A DNA stretch of 64,000 nucleotides from assembly GCA_038065095.1 (NCBI GenBank), contig JBBTRR010000001.1, positions 113,546 to 177,545 of the forward strand, given 5' to 3'. Positions 56,800 through 64,000 of this stretch are shown here, in pieces. This DNA is from Patescibacteria group bacterium. Its GTDB lineage: Bacteria; Patescibacteriota; Minisyncoccia; JACQLN01. The notes under the pieces are model-generated. The model ran no database searches and was not told the origin of the DNA. It was given only the letters and a program-made list of their open reading frames with translations. Each line of letters starts with the position of its first letter. The first letter of the stretch is position 1. The translations under genes and the position numbers were made by a program.

Positions 56800-57822
56800 A
56801 TGCAGTTTATTCTAGGGTCCTCAGTAGCTCCAGTAGCTCCAGTGGTTACAGAAACACCGTTTCGTTTGCCGCTTGGAGGTGGTTCCACAGATTTGCCTTC
56901 ATACTACGAAAAGTACGGTGGTTTTATTTTTGGAGTTGCTATCGATTTTTATATTCATGTTTTTTTGAAGCGTTTAAGAATAGACCGACGTATTCAGTTT
57001 CATTACACTGCTTGTGAGACGGTAAACTGTTTACACGAAGTGCATCATGGTATAGGTCGCGAGGCATTAAGAATGGTTGGTATTGATAATTCCATTAGTG
57101 TGACATTTAATGCTGATTCTCCATCTGGTACTGGGCTCGGTTCTTCGGGGAGTTACGCTGTCGGCCTTTTAAATGGTCTTTATGCTTTGGAAGGAAAGAC
57201 TAAGGATCCAAGGTTTTTGGCAGAGAAAGCTTTTGAAATAACCACCAACTTGGGTTGGTGTGATGGTAAGCAAGATCCATATCTTGCGGCGTATGGTGGC
57301 TTTACGGTGCTTAATATTGACCAAAACGGTCATGTTGCGGTCTCTAAGCCAGATATAAGGGAATACACCATAGATCGCTTTTTAAGCCAGACCCTATTAT
57401 TTTATACCGGTACCAAAAGAGATGGACAAAGTGGTGATATTCTTAAAGAACAGGATGAACAACGTGTTTTAGAACTAAAGCATGGAACTAAAGAAATAGG
57501 ATTAAAAATTTTGGTAGCTTTTGAAAATGGCGATTTAGATGAGTTTGGCCGGTTGATGGATAAGCATTGGCATATTAAAAGACAGATGTCTGGCAAAATC
57601 AGTTCTGACAAGTTTGATGCCATTTACGAAATGGCAAAACAGGCTGGGGCTTTGGGTGGAAAATTGGTAGGCGCTGGCGGCGGTGGCTATTTTATTTTTT
57701 ACTGCCCCACGTCGCTTTCCAAGAGTCGTGTTTCTATTGCTTTAACAGAAGCTGGTTTGCAAAGAGCCGATTTCGGTATTGATTATAAGGGGTCTACGAC
57801 TGTAACCATACCAAGGATGTAG
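56800..57822 (+). CDS. GHMP sugar-phosphate kinase (HddA/LmbP-like)
   Basis: PFRL..GGGSTD, PSGTGLGSSG, G.QD...AAYGG, GGKLVGAGGGG. Confidence 0.88.
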   Translation: MQFILGSSVAPVAPVVTETPFRLPLGGGSTDLPSYYEKYGGFIFGVAIDFYIHVFLKRLRIDRRIQFHYTACETVNCLHEVHHGIGREALRMVGIDNSISVTFNADSPSGTGLGSSGSYAVGLLNGLYALEGKTKDPRFLAEKAFEITTNLGWCDGKQDPYLAAYGGFTVLNIDQNGHVAVSKPDIREYTIDRFLSQTLLFYTGTKRDGQSGDILKEQDEQRVLELKHGTKEIGLKILVAFENGDLDEFGRLMDKHWHIKRQMSGKISSDKFDAIYEMAKQAGALGGKLVGAGGGGYFIFYCPTSLSKSRVSIALTEAGLQRADFGIDYKGSTTVTIPRM

Positions 57823-57845
57823 ATATTCACTAAGTCTAGTTTAAT

Positions 57846-57878
57846 AAAAAGACGAGCCAAAAACGGCCCGTCTTTTTT
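57846..57878 (+). terminator. Rho-independent terminator
   Basis: AAAAAGACGaGCC-aaaaac-GGCcCGTCTTTTTT. Confidence 0.7.
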
Positions 57879-58007
57879 AGTGTACCAAAATTATCTTTTG
57901 ACAAACATAGTTAGTTAATTTATGGTTATACAATTGTGTTATGCACAATGTGTTTTGTACCTTAAAAATATGCATACTAACTCATTCCTAAATATAAGGA
58001 GTTTTTT

Positions 58008-59546
58008 ATGTCAAGAAAAGTTCTTATTATATATCCACCAAACCAGTTAAACCCCACTGAAGCTCCTCGTCCAGAAGGGTCATTGGGCCCTCTTTACTTA
58101 GCTTCGGCTTTGGAAAATGCAGGTATAGAAACTGATCTGGTGGATGCTTCTGTAGGAACGGAAGACGATAAGCTGGAAGACACTTTTAACAACCCAGTGA
58201 TGCAACTAAACGGTCTTATAAGGATTGGTATGTCTTTTGATCGTATCCGTGAGTTTATCGCTTTAGGCGGTTACGATGTGGTAGCGATTCATTCAAATTT
58301 TACTCCCCAGACCCGTATGGTTTTGGAAACAGCCAAAATAATAAAGGAGATCAATCCAGAAATTTTGGTTATCAGTGGAGGGGTAAATGCTCGGCATATT
58401 CTGGAACGTCTTTTGGGTATAGGTTTTGTTGATTTAATCTGCATCACCGAAGGAGAAAGGATTATTGTTAAAATAGTTAAACAGTGGAGGCTTAATCGAT
58501 CATTTGACGGTGTAGATGGTGTTGTCTTTATGGAATCGGGCCGGTTGGTTTATCGGCCAGTAAATTCCGATAGTGTGGTCCAAAATTTAGACGAGTTGCC
58601 TGTGCCGGCGTGGCATAAATTGCCTTTGGCTAAATATGCCGAGATTACTTCTCCGCATGGCGATGTGGTTTTGAGTGAGAAATATATTTATGCTCCCATG
58701 ATGACTTCTCGCGGTTGCCCATTTAAATGTGCTTATTGCCATATATCGTTAGAAAAAGAAAAACATGACGATATTGGTAATCTAAGACTCAAGTCTGTGG
58801 ATCGCGTTATGCGTGAAATAGAAATTTTAAAATCTTTAGGTGTTACCAAGGTTTACATCGAAGATGATAGCTTGCTTGCCAAGAAAGCTCGCGTTAAAGA
58901 AATTTTTACACGCCTTTTGGGTGCTGGCTTAAAAATCGCCGATGTAAATGGTGTCAACCTTGTTCATCTTTTTGTAAGAGACAGAGCTACAGGAAAATTA
59001 AGGGTGGATAGAGATTATTTAGAGTTGCTCTGTGCATCTGGTTTTGATCAAATTAGTTTTCCTGTTGAATCCGGTGTTCAAAGGGTTTTGGATAAATATG
59101 CTACCGGTAAACTCGTTTTAGAAACAATGGACATAGCTGGGTTGGTAAGGGTCGCTTCCGATGTAGGTATTTCTTGTCCTGTCGGTATCATGATGGGTTT
59201 TCCAGATGAAACAGAGGCAGAGATTCTCCAAAGTGTGGAATTAGCAAAAAAGTTAGTTGATGCTGGAGCCAAGTATTGTTCTTTTTATATTCCCATTCCT
59301 TTTCCGGGTAGTCAGCTTTATCATATGGCTATTGCCGGTGGACATCTGGATGCAAATTTTGATCCAGACATTATGAACTGGCATCGGCCGGTTATGAAAA
59401 ACACTACCGTGCCGCCGGAAAGAGTTTTGGAACTTCGTGAATGGGCTTGGCGTTCGGTTAATCGAGATGACTATGTAGCTGAACGGTTGAGTAAAAACAT
59501 AGGTACAAGGTGGAGTTCTTTTAAGCCAGTTAGCGATGAAAATTAA
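58008..59546 (+). CDS. Cobalamin-dependent radical SAM enzyme
   Basis: N-terminal B12-binding domain (LG.LYLAS.L, SGG.NA, EGE), then TSRGCPFKCAYC, ESG.Q, MGFP.ET, PFPGS. Confidence 0.9.
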   Translation: MSRKVLIIYPPNQLNPTEAPRPEGSLGPLYLASALENAGIETDLVDASVGTEDDKLEDTFNNPVMQLNGLIRIGMSFDRIREFIALGGYDVVAIHSNFTPQTRMVLETAKIIKEINPEILVISGGVNARHILERLLGIGFVDLICITEGERIIVKIVKQWRLNRSFDGVDGVVFMESGRLVYRPVNSDSVVQNLDELPVPAWHKLPLAKYAEITSPHGDVVLSEKYIYAPMMTSRGCPFKCAYCHISLEKEKHDDIGNLRLKSVDRVMREIEILKSLGVTKVYIEDDSLLAKKARVKEIFTRLLGAGLKIADVNGVNLVHLFVRDRATGKLRVDRDYLELLCASGFDQISFPVESGVQRVLDKYATGKLVLETMDIAGLVRVASDVGISCPVGIMMGFPDETEAEILQSVELAKKLVDAGAKYCSFYIPIPFPGSQLYHMAIAGGHLDANFDPDIMNWHRPVMKNTTVPPERVLELREWAWRSVNRDDYVAERLSKNIGTRWSSFKPVSDEN

Positions 59547-59554
59547 TGTGTGGT

Positions 59555-59588
59555 AACCTCTGTTGTCTGTGGACAATAGGGGTTTTTT
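59555..59588 (+). terminator. Rho-independent terminator
   Basis: AACCTCTGTTGTC-tgtg-GACAATAGGGGTT followed by a T-run. Confidence 0.7.
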
Positions 59589-59631
59589 ATTTTAATCTAA
59601 GTAAGTTAAAGACTGATTATAAATAAATATT

Positions 59632-60540
59632 ATGCGATTTGCTATTACAGGTGGGTGTGGTTTTATCGGCTCACAACTTTCTATACATCTTTTGGAGCTA
59701 GGCTATGATGTTAGAGTTATAGATAAAATTGCTATTGGATCTAGTCCTTACTGGAGTGGTTTTGATTACAGTAAAATAGATTATTGCGAAGTTGATATTT
59801 GTTCTCCAGGAGATATGGATGAATGTTTTAAAGATGTTGATTACGTTTTTCATTTAGCTAGCTATGCGCGAATTAAAGATTGTTTAGCTAATCCAAATTT
59901 AGCCCGAAAAATTAATGTTGGTGGTACGCTTAATGTTTTATTAGCAGCAGAAAAAAATAAGGTTAAACGTTTAGTGTATACCAGTTCATCTTCTGCTTAT
60001 GGAGATCAAGATAATTTGCCATGGAAAGAAGATATGCCAATTAAGCTTCTTAATCCGTATGCTTCTACTAAATATGCAGGCGAAATATTGTGCCAATTAT
60101 TTGGCGAAGCTAATCGCTTAGAAACTGTAAGCCTAAGATTATTTAATGTTTATGGTTCGGTGTCGGCGATTGAAGGAAAAGTTGATTGCCCGAGCGTGGT
60201 GGAAATTCTTTTGAAACAAAAAAGAAATGATCAAGCACTTACTATTATTGGAGATGGTAAACAAAAAAGAGATTTGGTTAATGTTAAAGATGTAGCCAAA
60301 GCTTTTGTTGCGGCTTCAACCAGTAAGCTAGTCGGGAAAGGAGAAGTTATTAATATTGGTTCTGGAAGTAATTATTCGGTATCAGAAATTGCTAACTGGA
60401 TAGGTGGAGAGACTACCAAATTAGATAATCGCTATGCTGAAGCTTATGAAACGCTGGCCGATATTTCTAAAGCCAAAGAGTTACTTAATTGGCAGCCCGA
60501 GCATAATCTTAAAGATTGGATTGAATCCAATAAAAAATAA
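59632..60540 (+). CDS. NAD-dependent NDP-sugar epimerase/dehydratase
   Basis: TGGCGFIG, SSSSAYG, Y..TK (YASTK), RLFNVYG. Confidence 0.92.
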   Translation: MRFAITGGCGFIGSQLSIHLLELGYDVRVIDKIAIGSSPYWSGFDYSKIDYCEVDICSPGDMDECFKDVDYVFHLASYARIKDCLANPNLARKINVGGTLNVLLAAEKNKVKRLVYTSSSSAYGDQDNLPWKEDMPIKLLNPYASTKYAGEILCQLFGEANRLETVSLRLFNVYGSVSAIEGKVDCPSVVEILLKQKRNDQALTIIGDGKQKRDLVNVKDVAKAFVAASTSKLVGKGEVINIGSGSNYSVSEIANWIGGETTKLDNRYAEAYETLADISKAKELLNWQPEHNLKDWIESNKK

Positions 60541-60552
60541 TAGTAATAATAT

Positions 60553-61560
60553 ATGTCTAATAAAGTTTTTTCCTTGGCGCTCGTGGGTGCGGGTGGTATT
60601 GCTTATAAATGGGTCAAAGCTATCAGTAAAGTTAAAAATTGTTCTTTAAGGTTGGTAGTAGATGTGGATATAAATAAAGCAGAATTACTTTCTAAAAATT
60701 ATAAAAATTGTGAACATACAGATAAGTTAAATGATGTTTTATCAAGATTGGATATAGATGCTGTCATAGTAGCAGTGCCCAATAGTATATCTGCCAAGAT
60801 CTCTAGAGAAATTATTAAGTCGGGTAAACATGTTTTATGTGAAAAACCAGGCGCTGTTAATTCCAAAGAATTAAAATCCATTATTTTAGAGGCTAAAAAA
60901 TATAAGAAAAATTTTATGGTCGGGTTTAATCATAGATTCCATCCAGCCTTTTTACAGGCAAAAGAAATTTTTGATAAAGGTGAAATAGGTGAAGCTATGT
61001 TTATAAATTCTAGATATGGTTTTGGTGGTCGGGAAAACTATAATAAAGAATGGCGTTTTAATAAAAAAATAAGCGGGGGCGGAGAAATAATTGACCAAGG
61101 TGTTCATATGATTGATATGGCCCGTTTATTTTTAGGAGAATTTAATGAAGTTAAGGCTTATACGCCTAATCTTTTTTGGGGTGGAAATGTGGAAGATAAT
61201 GGTTTTATACTTTTAAAAACCATAAAAAAACAAATAGCTGCAATTCATGTTAGCTGGACTAATTGGAAATGGATTCATTCTTTTGAAATTATGGGTACAT
61301 TAGGCTATTTACGTATAGATGGTTTGGATCAGCGTTATAACGGGCCGGAGAAATTAACTATAGGATATCGTGATCTTTTATTTAAAAAATCTCCACAAGA
61401 AAAAGTTATAATATTTAAAAACGAAAAACCCGAAGATTCTTTCACTAGACAGTTAAAAGAATTTTTATCTGCTATAAGTGAAGATAGAAATTCTGTTCCA
61501 GATAGTCGTGATGCTTACGAAGTTTTAAAAATAGTTGATAAAATTTATGAAAAAAAATAA
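60553..61560 (+). CDS. Gfo/Idh/MocA oxidoreductase
   Basis: VGAGGI, HVLCEKP, GFNHRF, GGG...DQGVH.ID. Confidence 0.92.
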   Translation: MSNKVFSLALVGAGGIAYKWVKAISKVKNCSLRLVVDVDINKAELLSKNYKNCEHTDKLNDVLSRLDIDAVIVAVPNSISAKISREIIKSGKHVLCEKPGAVNSKELKSIILEAKKYKKNFMVGFNHRFHPAFLQAKEIFDKGEIGEAMFINSRYGFGGRENYNKEWRFNKKISGGGEIIDQGVHMIDMARLFLGEFNEVKAYTPNLFWGGNVEDNGFILLKTIKKQIAAIHVSWTNWKWIHSFEIMGTLGYLRIDGLDQRYNGPEKLTIGYRDLLFKKSPQEKVIIFKNEKPEDSFTRQLKEFLSAISEDRNSVPDSRDAYEVLKIVDKIYEKK

Positions 61561-61987
61561 AGGATTGGTTTTGGTTCTTGGTGGAGCTGGCTTTATAGGA
61601 TCTCATTTAGTAGACGCATTACTTAAAGATAATTATAGAGTTAGAGTATTAGACAACCTAGCCCCACCTACCCATAACGGCAAATTGCCCTCTTGGTTTA
61701 ACAAAAAAGCAGAATTTGTTAAAGGGGATGTTCGTAAGAGACAAGACTTGATTCGTGCTATGGTTGGGGTTGATTTTATTTTTCACTTGGCAGCCTATCG
61801 GATTAATATACCTAGACATCAAAGTATGGACATTTCAAAATTGAAATCATTAGGTTGGGCGCCCAATCATTTTATCGAAGAAAATGTTTCGGAGTATGTT
61901 GACTGGGTAAGGTCATTTCCTGAAGCAAAAGCTTTTTTTAAAAAAAGCCAAGTATCGATGGGGAAAAAGGGTATAATTAAGGTATAA
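61547..61987 (+). pseudogene. NDP-sugar epimerase with a large in-frame internal deletion
   Basis: GGAGFIGSH...FHLAAY is joined directly to the C-terminal R...DISKLKSLGW.P; the catalytic YxxxK region is absent. Confidence 0.75.
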
Positions 61988-62036
61988 AGGCTGATATATT
62001 GTAGCTTAAAACCCAGCAGGGTATTTCCTTATTACA

Positions 62037-62213
62037 CTTGAAAACTATAGAACCATGAAAGCTGATTGGTCACAAACTAATTCTAGCTTTGTTTATTATG
62101 GTCCTTGGGAGAAACAGTTTAGCCAAGTAAATTTTTCTAAAGATTCTAGATTAGAATTAATTTATAAAAATTCTTTAGTCGAAATTTTTAAGATTAAAAG
62201 TGACACTTTGTAA
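62037..62213 (+). pseudogene. C-terminal remnant of a third GT-C-like paralogue
   Basis: Translates to ...ENYRTMKADWSQTNSSFVYYGPWEKQFSQVNFSKDSRLELIYKNSLVEIFKIK, matching the C-termini of 35720..37177 and 54110..55948. Confidence 0.75.
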
Positions 62214-62254
62214 CAATTGTGTGCTAATTATGGTTATAGATATACAGTATCAAT

Positions 62255-63601
62255 ATGAGCAAAAAAACCGTATTTTTAGCCATACCTAATCATATTTCTG
62301 CGTCAGATTTATTACGTACTCATTACTTGGAGTATTTGGCTTCGAAATATAAAGTTATTGTGATAACACCTTTTTTAAATTCCAATGATGCAGTTAAACA
62401 AAAGCATTTTTTATCACCAGATGTGGAGTATAAAAAAAGAGATTTAGAAAACCCAAGATTTTGGATGTTTTTTAAATTTTTACGTATTTGTTGGGTTAAC
62501 GAATTTGATTATATTACTTCTATAAAATATTGGTATAAAAGGCCTAATTATAAAAATAGTTTGGCCAGGCGGATAGTTAGAACTATAGGCAGGCCTTTTT
62601 CTAAATTTTTAACAGCGAATTTTTTTACTAAAGTTGAGTATAGATTATTGCCCAAGTCAAAAGATTTTACCGAACTAGTTAAACAACATAATCCAGTATT
62701 GGTTATTACAGCCACCCCAGGTTTTGATCCGTGGGAAGCCGAAATAATTTTTTTAGCAAAACGTGAAAAAACTCCTACAGTAGCGGTTAATTTTAGTTGG
62801 GATAATTTAACTACTAATTCTAAACACATTCGCAAAACTGATTTTTTGATTGCTTGGAATAATATTATGAAAAAAGAGGCTTTAGAGATTCATAACTATA
62901 CTACCGCTAAGGTTTTTGTATCTGGTACGCCAAGGTTTGACCCTTATTTCGATGTTGCTCAATCAGAGCCAACCAAAGAAAAATTTTTGGTAAGCAAAGG
63001 CTTAAATCCAAGTTATAAAACTATTTTTCATACTACGGTGACCAAAGCGTATCCTTTCCAGAAAAAATATATCTATGATCTAATAAAACTTAGAAAAGAA
63101 GGAAAGATACCCTATGTGAATTTATTTATACGAATTCATCCCTTAGATATTTATGATAATTATAGAGAGTTTTTTAATATGCCCGATTTATATATAGAAC
63201 CCGCCGGCCGATCAGGCAGTAAAGCAGTGGAGATGAATTATCAAGACTTGCTTAATCTTAAATATTCTCTAAAATATACCGATTTAAATATAAATTATGC
63301 CTCCACCATTTCTATAGAAGCCTGTATTTTTGATAAGCCTATTATAAATATTGGTTATTTAGATCGTTTTAAATTGGCTTACGAATTTAATCATTACATT
63401 CCTATATATAAGAGTGGTGCTGTAAGGCTGGCCAAAACAGACGAAGCTTTAAAAGATTTAATAAACTTGTATTTAGCAGACCCATCTTTAGATGGAGCTA
63501 ATAGAAAAAAAATTGTGTTAGATTACGTTATTTTTTTAGATGGCTTATCTTATAAGAGAAGTGTAGATGCTTTAGAACAAATAATAAAATCTGTTATATG
63601 A
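62255..63601 (+). CDS. TagF-like GT-B protein; paralogue 4 of 4
   Basis: FSWDN, SGTPRFD, RIHP, STISIEA..FDKP, DG.S..R. Confidence 0.65.
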   Translation: MSKKTVFLAIPNHISASDLLRTHYLEYLASKYKVIVITPFLNSNDAVKQKHFLSPDVEYKKRDLENPRFWMFFKFLRICWVNEFDYITSIKYWYKRPNYKNSLARRIVRTIGRPFSKFLTANFFTKVEYRLLPKSKDFTELVKQHNPVLVITATPGFDPWEAEIIFLAKREKTPTVAVNFSWDNLTTNSKHIRKTDFLIAWNNIMKKEALEIHNYTTAKVFVSGTPRFDPYFDVAQSEPTKEKFLVSKGLNPSYKTIFHTTVTKAYPFQKKYIYDLIKLRKEGKIPYVNLFIRIHPLDIYDNYREFFNMPDLYIEPAGRSGSKAVEMNYQDLLNLKYSLKYTDLNINYASTISIEACIFDKPIINIGYLDRFKLAYEFNHYIPIYKSGAVRLAKTDEALKDLINLYLADPSLDGANRKKIVLDYVIFLDGLSYKRSVDALEQIIKSVI

Positions 63602-64000
63602 AACTAAATATACAAATATTAAAGAATTAAACCCCACAAGCCTTGAAAGATATAAATTTTTTAATGCGTCAGATTAGTTTAACTCCTGTTCCACCAAAAC
63701 CATTGTCACAAGCTTTGTTTAAAGATATTATCAATCAGAAAAATGTTAGTTTTATTATTGCTTCAAAACCGGATGGAGAAATAATTGCCATTTTAATTTT
63801 ATATTTTGTTAGAATTCCTAGTGGGCTCACAGCTATTTTAGAGGATTTAATAGTAGATGAAAAATATCACAAATGGGGGGTGGGTAGGTTGTTAGTTGAA
63901 AAATCTATAGAAATTGCCAAAAAAAAGAAAGCCCGCCATTTAAGTTTACGCACTAATCCTATTAGGGCAGAAGCTAATAAGCTTTATCAGGCTATGGATT
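63598..64000 (+). pseudogene. GNAT acetyltransferase, partial, with an in-frame TAA at codon 11
   Basis: MKLNIQILKN*TPQALKDINFLMRQ...LEDLIVDEKYHKWGVGRLL...LRTNP.RAEANKLYQ; runs off the window. It could restart at ATG 63664. Confidence 0.65.

Noticed and set aside
544-62835. Many 60-140-aa ORFs antisense to or nested in long genes (e.g. 544..732, 3510..3779, 21930..24502 set, 30646..31074, 59253..59576)
   Set aside because: Shadow ORFs of well-supported genes, with no motifs of their own.

Overview
AT-rich bacterial window in genetic code 11, very probably from a Patescibacteria/CPR (Parcubacteria-like) genome. That assignment is inferred from the split comEC, the class II RNR, the divergent EF-P and the PG-binding S-layer-like giant protein. 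Bases 1-21 kb hold housekeeping genes (ftsZ, nrdJ, cobO, efp, comEC, ndk, nth, murD, clpB), two toxin-antitoxin pairs, tRNA-His, tRNA-Arg, a probable 6S RNA and clusters of small orphan ORFs. Bases 21-64 kb hold a 1263-aa surface protein followed by a ~38-kb surface-glycan locus. The most notable signals are: (1) short GC-rich palindromic elements, some nested, inserted in frame into a glycosyltransferase gene, usually inside degenerate 7-mer tandem repeats; (2) a family of perfect palindromes with the core CGA-N3-TACGATCGTA-N3-TCG; (3) a duplicated hairpin with covarying stems flanking the 6S gene; (4) a structured element attached to a duplicated tRNA-Arg 3' end; (5) a lincosamide-like (Lmb-type) octose/heptose enzyme set and an FkbH-ACP-DH-KR acyl module inside the glycan locus. 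All calls come from reading the sequence and motifs by eye; no searches were run.
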